Notes: generated from the letters alone by a model not told the origin. A stretch of 64,000 nucleotides of DNA from Callorhinchus milii (GCF_018977255.1 NW_024704742.1:39744001-39808000); one strand, 5' to 3'; positions 50,062-62,671 are shown, numbered from the stretch's first letter. Numbers and translations: made by a program.

Positions 50062-53000
50062 TATAAGTCCCCCATGAACAACCACGAGAGTCAATTCTTG
50101 ATTTATCTGGGGAGGAGTGGGGAGGGTGTGGTCAAATAGTCTTCCTTTAACGTCCGTCAAATTCCAGACACACCGAAGCGTGGCATAAATCGGGTGACTT
50201 GCACGGGTGCGAAGCAGGAGAGGAAGCAGTGAGGGTGAGGGGTCCGAAGTTTTTGTTTTCCAGGCAACAGAGACGTGTTTTCAAATTCTCCCGCCTGGAC
50301 CAACGCCGAAACCACGTTCGTGACATCACATTCGTATACCATTTTTTTTTCAAACCCTCCGCAGACTGAGTACTTTTCATTGTTTCTATTTCCGTGCACC
50401 ATTTCAAACTCAGGTCAATTATAGTTTCATTTTTATTCATCTACTTCCCTTTCTGTCCTCTCTCACTTCTCTCTTTCTCGCTCTCTACAAATTCTCTCTG
50501 AATTACTTACCAAGTCGAGCAACATGTAAATAACATTATGAGTGCCCTCCTACCTCTCTCCCCTCTGCACTGTCTCCTCCAGCCTCCCACACCCGCCATG
50601 CCTACGGGTTGATGATGCCCATTGATCACTCTGCTCCCAGTCTCGGCTTGTGTGTTTGGCTGCCGCCCCTGACCCAGCCATCCCCTCCACAAATGCCCCC
50701 ATTCCTATTCCCCAACCTTCATTACTCCCACTCAGTCCTTCTCTTCAATTGCCCTCCCCATCTTTTCTTCCTCCTGGACCATCTGTTCCAGCTCAGGCAT
50801 CCTCTGTCGGGCTTACCACGGAACTCAGCGATGGTTGTCCCAAAGCAGCCAGCCCAACTGACCTACTCCACTCACCTACTCCTCAAGGCCCGCCTCCCTT
50901 ATCTCCGACAGGTAAACTCCCCTTCCCTCATCCACATCCTTCCCAACTATCCCCCCGCGTACTCAACAGTCGTTCTCCCTCACAATCTACAACCATCTCC
51001 CAAACCCTGCCCCACCTGCGCCCCCACTAGCATTGGCCTCCAAAATGTCCACTCCCTCTCTACTAATGCACAACTTCATCCTGGACAAGAAATTAGATAT
51101 CCTCGGGCTCACGGAAACCTGGCTAAACCTCTGGAGACCCCATCCCCCTCATCGAAGCCTCTTCCCTGGTTACAATTCTCAATACACACCCCGCCCCACC
51201 CCTCTCATCTCCCAAACCTCCCTTGGTCTAACACCCTATTTCTCTCACTGTTTCCCCTCCATTAAGCACCTCACCCTCTACCATCCCTCCTCTCACTCCT
51301 TCAAAATTCTCCTAGTTTACTGCACCTCCCCTCCCCCCACCTCCTGGCTCCTTCCTCGCATTGATGTCATCTCACCCCGTCTCTCTGCAGAAAACGCCTG
51401 CTCAAAAAGGGGGGCAAATTCCCCTGCCTAATCTCCTTGGACCTCCTCCATACCCTCTCTCAAGCATACTCAATCCTCATTGCAGATGCCAAGCGCTCTG
51501 AGACGCCGTCCAGCGTGGAGGGCGCTATATAAATCCAAGTTGTTTTTGTTTTTGTTTTTGTTTTGTTGATAGATAACATCCGCCTGGCTGTGTCCTGTAC
51601 CTCCAATGCCTCCTTGATCATCCTTTCCTCCTATCACGGCTCCTATTAAGGACTCCACCCTACACTCCTTTGGCGCCATCTCTCCGGCCTCCCTTTCCTC
51701 CACCATCACCAAGACCTACTGCCTTGAACCACTGAAGGAATCAACCAGACCCTCTAACTGAGGCTCTGTCCCACTCCCTCTCAAAATTGCTATCATTACT
51801 CCACTTCTTAAAAAAACCTACCCTGAATCCCACCAACCTCAGACCCATCTCGAACCTGTCCTTCCTGGCCAAAGTTTTGGAATGCTCATTGGAATCAACT
51901 TCGCTTATACCTCTCCTTCCACTCCCTACTCGAACCCCTCCCATCTGCTTTTTGCCCTGCCCACAGTACAGAGACAGCACTTGTCAGGTAACAAATAACG
52001 TCCTCTCTCTCTATGACTAGGGCAGTGACACAATCGATCCTGCCATCCTTCTCCACCGCCTCCACTTCATCATCCACCTTAGTCGGACTGCACTCTCTTT
52101 GTTTGTGTCCTACTTAACAAACCGCCAACAATACATCTTTGTTTTTTCCTCCCACCTACGCCCAGTCACTTGTGGGGTACCCCAAGGCTCCATCCTTGGC
52201 CCCCTTCTTTTCCTTATCTACATGCTCCCCCTTGGCGATGTCATCTGCAGACCTGGGGTAAGTTCCACCTGTATGCAGATGACACCCAAATCTACTTCTC
52301 CTCCAGCTGCAACTCCTAGTCCACTGATGTCCTATCAGCTTCTTTGACAGACATCAAAGCCTGGATGAGCGCAAATTTCCTGCAGCTGAATGTCGGCAAG
52401 ACAGAAACCATACTCTTTGGCTCCCATCAACGTCTTCTCCTCAAACTCCTCGGGCTCTCCCTCAGACTCTATGAACCTGTGCGCAACTTAGGCATAAGCT
52501 TCAAACCCCAGCTTTCCTTTCTGCCCCATATCCTTTCCCTGACTAGGACCACTTTTTTCCACCTTCGTCACATTGCCCACCTCTGTCCATACCTTACAAC
52601 CAAAGCAGCCAAAACTCTTGTCCACGCCTTCGTCACTTCCCAGTTGGACTATTCCAATGCCCTCCTCGCAGGTCTCCCTAACTCCACTGTACACAATATT
52701 CAACTAATTCAAAACTCTGCCACCCGGATACTCACCCACACAAAACTCTGTACCCGCATCACACCAGTCCTTGCCAGGCTCCACTGGCTCCCAATTACTG
52801 AACGGATCGATTTCAAGATGCTCTCACTCCTTTCAAATCCCTTCATGCCCTTGCACCTCACTACCTATTCGACTTGCTTACCCCCCCATGCCACTACCGC
52901 TGCCTCTAGTTGGCTGGCTCTGGCCTCCTGCTTGTCCCTTGTTCCCTCCACTCCACCATTGGGCTGTGCCTTCACCTACTATGCCCCGAAACTCTGGAAC

Positions 53001-53188
53001 TCTCCCTCAATCCCTCCGCCTTGCCCCATCCCTCACCACTTTCAAATCCCACCTAACCACCTTCCTTTTTGATCATGCAGAGTCATCTATCACCTCACTC
53101 TCCCCCTGACTCAGTGTCAGACTCTGCCACTGTCAACCAGGACACTATCCCGCGTGCAGGGCACTATATAAATGCAAGTTGTTGTTGT
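50062..53188 (+). mobile_element. Long decayed L2 LINE block with CpG-rich 5' region, acataa direct repeats and an L2 tail nested at ~51485-51567
   Basis: [52 protein letters not shown], tatgcagatgac (YADD), LQLNVGKTE, LHWLPITERIDFK; tail; acataa at 50056-50061 and 53189-53194. Confidence 0.88.
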
Positions 53189-53284
53189 ACATAAAGGTTT
53201 CAGGTGGCAAACTCATACATTCATGAGATTGATGAGATAGCTTAACAACAGTGCCAAAATATCCAACATTGTCAACCATTTTCA

Positions 53285-53683
53285 GCAGTACACATCCCAC
53301 ACAACATCTATGAGATGACCAATATTCTGGAGGATTGTTGGCCAGGATACCGAGAGAACTTCTCATCCATATGCAATAGTTTCCAATGATATCCAACAGT
53401 GCCCATGCCTATAAACCCCCATGTGATGACCAATAAATTACGATGATTGTTGTTCAGGACACCTAGAGAAATTCTTCTTTAATAGTGACAAGTGATCATT
53501 TATTTTATCAGAAGAACAGCCACATGTACCTTGGTTTAATGCCTCATCTGAAGGATACCACCTTGGATAATGCAGTGCTCTCCCAGTACTGGATTCGAAT
53601 GTCAAACTTGTGAATTTTAAGTCCTGAGCTTGAACCCACAACCTTCTTTTCCAGAGGCAAGCTATAAACTGAGCCAGGCTGGC
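53285..53683 (-). mobile_element. Old Deu-SINE
   Basis: ggattgttggccaggatacc; ttggtttaatgcctcatctgaagg; cttgaacccacaacctt..aactgagcca. Confidence 0.7.
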
Positions 53684-53830
53684 AATTATGCTATCATTAA
53701 TATTTTACACTAGGAAATATGATGAATGTTACGAACAAGAATCAATAATTCAATTATATTCTTGTTTTTGGGCATGAAGAATATTTCCTGAAAGAAATAT
53801 TAATTTTAAGCTTCACTGAGATTACTTATA

Positions 53831-54068
53831 TGAATTCCTTTGGTGGAGACTCATGCGGAGTATAAACACCAGCAGACTAGTTGGGCTGAAGTATTTTGGA
53901 TTAGTTGCTGAACAATCTATATAAATCTATGCGTAAAGGTGTCAGGTGGCAAACTCATACCGATTGATGAGATAACTTAACAGTAGTGGCGAAATATCCA
54001 ACATTGTCAAGCCATGTTCTGCAGTGCTCATGCCATAAAACAGCCATGAGATGATTGACATAAATATT
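53831..54068 (+). repeat. Uninterrupted paralogue of 49840-50061 joined to 53195-53326
   Basis: Shared cctttggtggaga..ttgggYtgaagtatt..tctatRtaaatc and aaaggtKtcaggtggcaaactcatac..aatatccaacattgtcaa. Confidence 0.85.
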
Positions 54069-54249
54069 GTGACTTAAATCATGAGAGACCTCTAGACGTG
54101 TTCTGTTTATATGCTCAGCAGTTAGATAGAGAAGGGGAAAAGAAACAAATTCATAACAAAAAAAATTGACAAATTTAAATTTACCGATAAATTTTGACAA
54201 AATACATGCAACTTTTAGATGTTAAACCAAGGTTCCATTTTCCTTTTCC

Positions 54250-54431
54250 ACTGGAACTCCATCCTACATTCCCTTCGCCTCGCTCCCTCCCTTGTCTCCT
54301 TCAAAGCCCACCTTAAGATCATCCTCTTTGACCGTGCCTTCGGCCACCCTCTCTCCCCTCCACCTTTCCTGATCCCAACCCCCAACCCCCACCTGCTCCC
54401 CCCACCCAGCTCGGGTCACAATTCCTGACTG
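54250..54431 (+). mobile_element. L2 3' fragment
   Basis: WNSILHSLRLAPSLVSFKAHLKIILFDRAFG. Confidence 0.9.
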
Positions 54432-55060
54432 TATATATTCTTCACCAGCTTCTATCAACAGTGGAATCTGTGAGTAATGGTTTACAATGTTTTATTCATA
54501 GATCTAACTCACTTCATTTAGATTTAAGTTATATGAAATCTGACATATTTTGTTCTTTTCAACCCGCAAGCCTATTGCGAGAGGGGTGTGAGGCTTTGAT
54601 GTGAGGAGCATCTTGCAGCTAGTTGCTTTTTACAGCTTGAGAAAGTTGCAGAGACGTTTTCAAAGTCCCTGTTAATATATTCCAATTCACTATCATTCAT
54701 TCTAGCTGTAGCAATTCCTAGTGTTCTTTTGGTTGTGGATACCTTTGTTCCTTGATAGAAACTGCAGAGAAGTGTCAAAGTGGTGAAACTGCAGCAAACT
54801 TCAGCAGGAGGACTGAAATATAGCTGCAGTTTTCAATGCCTGAAACATATCCCTCCACTCATAGGATATCCTCAACTCTTCAATGGACTTTGCTTAGCAT
54901 TACATGGAATTAAGATAAAAATTGATAAGGCTCCAGAACAAACAACAACTACTATATGACTTTCCACTACTGAATGTATAGCACAATATAATGACTAGTA
55001 TTCACAAAAGAATAATCAAAGAGTTTCCCTGTGCTGTGCCCGTAAAATGTTTATATAATA

Positions 55061-55276
55061 CTAGCTGTACCCGTTGCAGCTACACTTGCAACCAGTTTCA
55101 TTTAATTGGCCTTCTCTTTTTCGTCTGGCATTTTTATTTGTCCTTGAAAGGCTTGATCTTTGCTTCTTAGGCATCTTTATCCCTTAAGATTAAGACAATG
55201 TGCTAATATATTTGCATACATATCCTTTTGGATACTCCTGACACACAGACAGACATTTTGTCTTTATTGGTATAGA
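55061..55276 (-). mobile_element. Non-autonomous Helitron (216 bp)
   Basis: Minus strand starts a|TCTATACC, ends GGGTACAGCTAG|t; hairpin GTTGCA-N8-TGCAAC 12 nt from the 3' end; A|T target and no TSD. Confidence 0.85.
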
Positions 55277-55279
55277 TAA

Positions 55280-55598
55280 AGTCCTGTAGCTCAGTGGTTA
55301 GAGCACTCGCTTTGCAAGTGAGAGACCTCAGCTCAATTCCAGGCAGGGCGAAACCTTGGGCAAGTTTCCTTACTCCACACACCTAATAATAATCCCTCCA
55401 AAAAAACACACAATAATAAATTGGTCATTTTCAATCTATGACTGTTTGTGGGACACTGCTGTGCGCAATTGGCCGCTGTGTTCGCCCACAAATATACAGT
55501 CAATTCACTTTACAGTATATTCTGTGAAGTGCTTTGGGACGTCTAGAAGACGTGAAAAGCGCTATATCAAATGCAAGGATTATTATCATTATTATTAT
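55280..55598 (+). mobile_element. Full-length tRNA(Ala-like)-derived SINE (short variant)
   Basis: gtcctgtagctcagtggttagagcactcgctttgcaagtgagag; L2-like tail with (tta)n. Confidence 0.95.
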
Positions 55599-55802
55599 GT
55601 ATCTCTCAAGAAGGGTGTGTGACCTCTGTCACTACCTTATTGCAGAATACCATGCAAACCTTTTTGGGGGCTTCATTAAAGTATTTTTTAATAAATGTTT
55701 TAATATAGCTCATCAACAATAGGATAGCCCCCTAAAAAATATATCTACGATGCTCCCCCATGCAAGACCTTTCCGATGAGGTATAAATCATTTCTCTACG
55801 TC

Positions 55803-56500
55803 AACAACAGCAACAAAATTAGATTTATAGAGCGCCTTTCACATTGGGAGGACGTCCCAAGGCACTGGACAATCAAGGGTCAGGACCCGAGCATGGGGGA
55901 GAGGTGGGGTAGGGGTGAGGGAAGGCAGAGAGGTGGGAGGGCGACTGAAGGCACGATCGAAGAGATGGATCTTGAGACCAGCCTTGAAGGAGGCAAGGGA
56001 GGAAGCGAGGCGAAGGGACTGAGGGATGGATTTCCAGAGTGTGGGGGCAGAAAGCCCAGCCACTGATGGTAGAGCGGGTTGGGCAGGAGACATGGAGCAG
56101 GCCGGAGCCCGCTGAATGGAGGGAGCGGGCAGGTTGATAAGGAGTCAGCAGGTCAGAGAGGTAGGAGGGGGCAAGGCCATAGATGGCCTTGAAAGTGAGG
56201 ACAAGGATCTTGAATTCTATCCTCTGGGGGATGGGGATGATAGGATCATGGAGTCTGGTGCAGGAGAGGACACGAGCTGCACAGTTCTGGATGATCTGCA
56301 GCTTGTGGAGGGAAGAGTTAGGAAGGCCGACAAGCATGCATAGTCAAGCCTAGATGTAATAAATGCATGGATGAGGGAAGAAGCAGTGGCAGAGCTGCGT
56401 GATGTTGTGGAGGTGGGGAAGGCAGAGTGTGTCACGGCATGGATGTGAGTTAGAAAGGACAGTTGAGTTCAAGCAAGACGCCAAGGTTCTGGACGCGCTC
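55803..56500 (-). mobile_element. L2 3' fragment
   Basis: LIHAFITSRLDY, LHKLQIIQNCAARVL, RIEFKILVLTFKA; (caa)n tail. Confidence 0.95.
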
Positions 56501-56569
56501 AGTGAGATGGAGCAGCCAATTGCATGAAGCAGTGTCCAACAAACCCTCAACTAATGAAAATGGTACCAA

Positions 56570-56725
56570 TATCCTGAAGGGATTATTACCCCTTGAAAGC
56601 GATCCATCAATCGACTAACAACTGGGATCCCACTTACTGCTAGGTAAGGAAACTTGCCTAAGGTTTCACCCTGCCTAGAATTCGAACCCGGGTCCTGTTG
56701 CTTGCGAGGAGAGTGCTCTAACCAA
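56570..56725 (-). mobile_element. tRNA-derived SINE 5' part (long variant)
   Basis: aacaactgggatcccacttactgctaggtaaggaaacttgcc..ttcgaacccgggtc..gagtgctctaacca. Confidence 0.85.
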
Positions 56726-57631
56726 TACATTGAAGGATTCCATGAATTACAGTGATTATGTGATGAGGGATGACTGCCAGGTGGCTGATGCGACAAGTTA
56801 TTGTTTTTCAGATTTAAGATAATGAGGATTTTTGGATCTTAACCTGATAATTTTTTTTTATTTTCCTACTGCTGAACAATACTGCTCATTTTCCACTGTT
56901 TTACACATTTTCCAGTTTCCACTGCCTGAAACATATCTCTCCTCTTTTACCAATATCCCCATAAATCTGAGATCATTACAAGTGACAGCCTAGACTATGA
57001 ATCTGGACTATCTTATCCATTCTGTGTGTGAACCTGGAAAGTGAGTGTTGATAGCTGATTTGAATGGGTTGGGCCAAGTCCAAGACAGTCCTCATCTGAT
57101 ATACATTGACATGTACAGAGTGTTCTCAAGTCCTGTTACCCCTTGTTTTTTTCTACAGTGCACTGACCAACCAATGAAACATCTTGAAGTATGATATTGA
57201 TTGTATTTAGAAGTATTTAATTGTAGTCAGTACAATTGTTTGACTGTATTTATACGTCCAGAGGATCAGTGTGTGCACCATCATTTTCATGGCAGATAAT
57301 AAATGATCTTTTGATGCAACATCTTCTGGATGGAGTAACAAGCAAGTTACTGGTACAGACATTGTTACTTCTCAACACAATACGGTGTAGGGAGTGGGTG
57401 TTGGGCAGGGGGGAGCTTTGTAAACACTCTGTACTTTAATTGCAGCAGGGATCATATCAGAGTTGGAATCCTGAATGAATTATCTGTTGCCTAGCCTGGG
57501 GGCCACTTATTGAGCCCATTACAATCCTGGCTGAAATCTGGAGTCTGGAGTCAATCTAGGAGCTTCCTGATCTAAATAGCTATTTCATACTGGACAATTA
57601 TTTTACCAGCATCAAGAATTCTATATATATA

Positions 57632-57766
57632 AAAATAATCCTTGCATTTGATATAGCGCCTTATCACATCATTGAGATGTCTCAAAGCGCTTCACAGGAT
57701 AGACTGTAAAGTGGAGTGACTGCATGTTGCAAGGGTAAAATGCGGCAGCCAATTGCACACAGCAAT
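57632..57766 (-). mobile_element. SINE 3' part
   Basis: aataatccttgcatttgatatagcgcc..gcagccaattgcacacagca. Confidence 0.85.
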
Positions 57767-58069
57767 TCTGGCTCTTTATGTGGGGCATGATACTAATCAT
57801 TGAGATAACAGTGAAATAAAAACAAAATAAAGCCAATCTACTAAACCCAAAGTACAGGAACTCTTTAATAAAGTCAGCAAATGGCCTGAGAAGTTTTGAC
57901 CACTTCAACTGGTTGATCACCTCAGTGAGTTTGAATGATTGTACTATATTTGCCTTCAAGAAGCAGTCACTATATTTTACAGTCAAATTCTGTGAAGTGC
58001 TTTGAGACTTCCTCTTGACATTAAAGGTACCAGAGCAAAATCAAAAGGAAGCATTATTATAATATAATA

Positions 58070-58564
58070 CAACACAAAATTACATTTGTAAAGCGCCCTT
58101 CACGTTGGGAGGATGTCCCAAGGCGCTGAACAGTGAGGGTCATTAGGACCGGAGCGGGTGGGGGTTGGGATCAGGGAGGGTGGAGGACAGAGAGGGTGGC
58201 CGAAGATATGGTCGAAGAGGAGGGTCTTAAGACATGCCTTGAAGAAGGCAAGGGAGGATGTGAGGTGAAGGAATTTGGGATGGAATTCCAGATGGTGGGT
58301 CAGGGAAGCTGAAGACCCGACCGCCGATGGTGGAGTAGGCTGGGCGGGGGACATAGAGCAGCCTGCTGAGCGGAGGGAGTGGACAGGTTGATAAGGGGTT
58401 AGCAGGTTGGAGAGGTGGGAAGGGGCAAGGCCTTGGAGGGCTTTGAAGGTGAGGATGAGGATTTTGAACACAATCCTTTGGGGGATGGGGAGCCAGTGCA
58501 GCCAGGCGAGGGTGGGTGTGATGGGGTCAAGGAGCCTGATGCGGGAGAGGACACAAGCTGCAGA
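58070..58564 (-). mobile_element. L2 3' portion (continues at 59921-60238)
   Basis: FKILILTFKALQGLAPSHLSNLL; tail near 58070. Confidence 0.92.
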
Positions 58565-58567
58565 AGG

Positions 58568-58770
58568 ATGATTGCCGTCTTTAAGATTCTAAAGGGGCGA
58601 GACAACCAGAGGACAGGGCCTGCGATTGAAGGGGGTAAGTTCAGAACAAATCTACACAAGCACTATTTCAGTGAGCGAATAGTGAACCTGTGGAACACGA
58701 GGGAGATGGTTGAAGCTGAAAGTGCTGAGTCTTTCAAACACAGATTAGATAGTTTTGATCATTTCTGACT
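58568..58770 (+). mobile_element. CR1 ORF2 C-terminal fragment
   Basis: MIAVFKILKGRD..GGKFRTNLHKHYFSERIVNLWN..VEAESAESFKHRLD. Confidence 0.88.
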
Positions 58771-59147
58771 CTTTTACTTGATTTTCCATGTCATCTGAGT
58801 TAAGCTATTGGAAAGGCATTCAAGGTGTCTTGTGCAGATTGGAAGAAATTTGAGTTATAGTATCCTTGCCTGGAGCCTCCTGGATACACAACATGTCAGA
58901 CATGTTTGGCACGGAACCTGTCAGCTGTCGTCTGATGGTGGATTATCAGGTGTTTCACAGCACCAGCACAAGTTTTCTGGCCTTGGACTGTAATTGGGAG
59001 GCATCAGCAGCTCTGAATCTCAGCTTGTTGCTTGGAATGCAGTGACCCGAGAGGAGGTAACCTACCAACTGACACCTTCTCAATTGAAACTGGTGCTTAA
59101 AGCAATATCTGAAAAGAGAATGAAGGATGTTCAAAAAGCCAGCCATT

Positions 59148-59473
59148 GAGTCCTGTATCTCAGTGGTTAGAGCACTCGCTTTGCAAGTGAGAGATCTGAG
59201 TTCAATTCCAGGCAGGGCGAAACCTTGGGCAAGTTTCCTTACTCCACACGCCTAATAATAATCCCTCCAAAAAACAAAAACAATGATAAAAATTGGTCAT
59301 TTTCAATCCATGACTGTTTATGGGACATTGCTGTGCGCAATTGGCTGCTGCGTTCGCCCACAAATATAGAGTCAATTCACTTTACAGTATATTCTGTGAA
59401 GCACTTTGGGACGTCCTCCCGACGTGAAAAGCACTATATCAAATGCAAGGATTATTATTATTATTATTATTAT
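59148..59473 (+). mobile_element. Full-length tRNA-derived SINE (short variant)
   Basis: Closely similar to 55280-55598. Confidence 0.95.
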
Positions 59474-59519
59474 TGTTCCAGATTGGGTCTGGACCAAAGG
59501 TGGCCAACCTGTGGGCCGG

Positions 59520-59922
59520 AAGAGTGGGCACCTTCACGCTGCAAAAGAAAAGATTGAGAGGTGACATGATTGCTGTCTTTAAGATTCTAAATGGGCGAGA
59601 CAATATAGATCATGACAGGCTGTTTCATCTTGTCCAGAATAGTAAAACCAGAGGACACGCCTGTGAATGATGGGGGGTAAACTCAGAATGAATGTACAAA
59701 AACACTGTTTCAGTGAGAGTATAGTGAACCTGTGGAGCAGGCTCCCTAGTCAGATGATTGAAGCAGGAAGTGTTGATTCTTTCAAACATAGTTAGGAAAT
59801 GACTTTATGGGATGCTACATAGGTAGTTTGGAACATATGTGCATGCGACCGCCAGGAAGGTGGAAGGCGAACTAGATAGACCTTGGCCTTTTTTCGTCTA
59901 ACATTTCTTATGTTCTTATGTT
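59520..59922 (+). mobile_element. CR1 3' end with (ttcttatg)n tail
   Basis: FTLQKKRLRGDMIAVFKILNG..SKTRGH; tail ttcttatgttcttatgtt. Confidence 0.9.
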
Positions 59923-60238
59923 GTGGAGGGAAGAGTTGGGGAGGTCGACAAGCAGGCAGTTGGTACAGTCAAGCCTAGATGTAATAAAGGCCTGTATGAG
60001 GGTTTCAGTGGCTTGAGACAGGGGTGAGACAGTGTCGGAATCGGGCAATATTGTGGAGGTGGGGAAAGGCAGAGCAGGTCATGGCACGGATGTGGGGAAG
60101 AAAGGACAGTTGAGGGTCAAACAAGATGCCAAGGTTTCTGACTGGCTTGGTGAGCTGGAGTGTCAATCCATGGATGCTGATACTTCCAGTGTCTCGGGTG
60201 CGGAGGGAGGCGCTGGCACCAGCCAATCAGAAGAGCCT
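59921..60238 (-). mobile_element. L2 upstream portion matching 58070-58564
   Basis: LTKPVRNLGILFDPQLSFLPHI. Confidence 0.92.
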
Positions 60239-60714
60239 GAAATTAATGAAAAAGCCTGCGAAAAATGACCACAATAAATGACTTGACCACATTAGTGGGG
60301 TGACCATAGGTGAGCTTCCACTGTCTGTTATCAATTCTAAAGAATGAGGATAATTATAAGCCAAGAATACATGAGTTAGACAAGAGTTAAAAACTGAAGT
60401 GTTTGTGGTTCATCAAACTATGTCTAGCCTCAGCAAAAAGCTTTGTGTAACTTTCTTTTAAATACATGAAGCCTATTCTGTGAATCTGTATGAAATCCAA
60501 CGTAGTCGCTGTTCATCTTGAAAACTCACAACAGATGTATTTCCCAGTTACGTCACTAGGTGGTGAACATCTCTCACTATTGGATAAATATCCAAATTCA
60601 CAGCAGTCAGAGCAGATGTGTGTGCAAGCAGTTTGATATTATTGGGGAATATGATCTTGACTTCGTAACATGCAAAATCCAATCATTTGACATACAACAG
60701 TGGCTGAAATATGT

Positions 60715-60975
60715 GAGACAGCACTGAAACAGGCCATTTGGATAAACTTGTCCATAGCTTGTGTTTATACTCCTGATGAGCTTCCACCCATCCTAATTTT
60801 TCTCCTGAGTTTTCTGTTTCATATATTAATGTTTTCCATATTCTCACTACACTCTGTGTAAAAATGTTCCTCCTAAAGTCTCTTTTAGGTCTGCTAATGG
60901 CTATCTTATATTTATGCCGTCTTATTATGGAGTCACAAACAAGTAGAAACAACCAATTTATATCCATCTTATCAT
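60715..60975 (-). mobile_element. Old CR1 3' fragment
   Basis: RRHKYKI..RRNIFTQSVVRIWKTL on the minus strand plus tail. Confidence 0.75.
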
Positions 60976-62671
60976 ATCATATTTATTTCAGCTCCCTTGG
61001 AGTGTCAGTTTAGATGATGTGAGTCCAAGTCCCGACTTGGGATTTGAACCCACAACCTCCTCTTAACAAACTAAATCACTTCACATTTCTCAATATGAAA
61101 CTTCATCTAATTCAAATGATGTGGATCTTTATCGCAGGTTTCAGTGGATGCAAATACCCTGTTGTTATACAACAAAATATCAGCAGATAATATACATGGC
61201 AGCTCAGGTATCACAATTTCAGCTACACTTCAAAATTCCACGACACATTAACCTACATGTTAACCAACATGTTCTTGTTGTCAGCATCAGACAGTATTAG
61301 GATATAATATTGTAACATGTAAAATGGAAGAGACTAAAATATGGAGATTGTACACAGATTCAATAAAGACTTATCGCAAACAGTGATTGTGTCCAGTAAC
61401 AGAAAAAGAGTACATAGGTTTAGAGTTGTAAAAGAAAATTTTTCGACAGATTCCAAGAAGTTTTTTTACTCAAAGAGTAATCAATGACTAGAACAGGTTA
61501 CTTGGAAAGTTGGTTGAGTCCAGGCTCTTTTAAAAAACAGCTTGATGCTGTGATGGGGGACGATAAGGCGGGTGTTCTGGAAGGATGAGATTAGATGTTT
61601 ATCCAAACCAATTTTGTAATCCTCTAAGAAGCACAACCAAACAACCTTTTCCCCCCAAGAACTCCACTCTGACACAATCTACTTTCAGAGCAGAGTTCCC
61701 GTGGGTCTGCTTGACGTGCTTCTAGTTACCAGAAGGAATCGTTATTTGTGACCTAGGGTGCTTATTTATGAAATACTATCTGAAAACCCTGCATTTAAAA
61801 TCCCAATGGCTGTATGTTCCCAGATACCAAGGTCTGAAAAGTGAACACACAGAAAGACCAACTTCAGGCAGAATGGCACTGAACTGATGCATGAAACCAG
61901 AGATTATATTTGGAGCCTAACTTTTCTTTTATTTTTAAATTGGACATTCTGATGCAGACTTGGGCTCCTGCTATTTAATTGCAGCATAACTTTAAAACAC
62001 ATCAGTTATGTTGCTCACAGCTCAGACATTTTTTTTTGTTAGTTCAGTCTGTTTCAACGTCTGACAGTATTTAAGGTTGCCTTATTGAACATCATAAGTC
62101 ATGTGGCACATTTATGATGTAATTTAAACTGCTCCTGAACTACATATGTCAAAGTGGACCTAACCTTGGGGAATTACTATGTGATCTTAGGCTTCACCAA
62201 GAAAGTGATTAATTTCACACAATAATGAGAACAATAACAGTTTGGAACTTAACTCTCATTATCACTGTGGTGTGGTATTCGTATTTCTGATTACTTTCAT
62301 CAGAAAAAATGTTACTTGTATTCCTGTATGTTTATTTGCACCAACATCTTAAAATTTAATACAACTTCATGAATCTTCAATAATATGCCTCGTAATTATG
62401 AATTGAAAATTGCTCTTCACTAGAACATCAATCAATAGTGGCAATCCATTTGGCATCTGCCATTATAATTGCTCCCAGCACTATAAAGCATTAGATGCCA
62501 TAGTTTAGATTCCATACAGTGAGGAACAACATAATCCCTGAGGGAACTGAGGTGTGTGACATCCCAGTGTAGGAACCTCTCCAGTACAACATGACCAATG
62601 GCAGAAAATGCAATACAATAGAATACAAGTTACATTTACAAATGCCTTTCAGGATAGGAACAATGTACAGT

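Noticed and set aside
50609..51265. 218-aa Pro-rich ORF as L2 ORF1 or host gene
   Set aside because: Explained by C-rich low complexity upstream of and overlapping the decayed endonuclease; no ORF1 domain recognised.
54572..54778. 68-aa minus ORF with a possible acceptor
   Set aside because: No recognisable homology or good donor.
55280..55352. tRNA-Ala(TGC) gene
   Set aside because: It is a SINE head: poor acceptor stem, and each copy continues into SINE body.
61981..62014. Hairpin with GCAGCA seed-like start
   Set aside because: An 11-bp stem is too short for a pre-miRNA.
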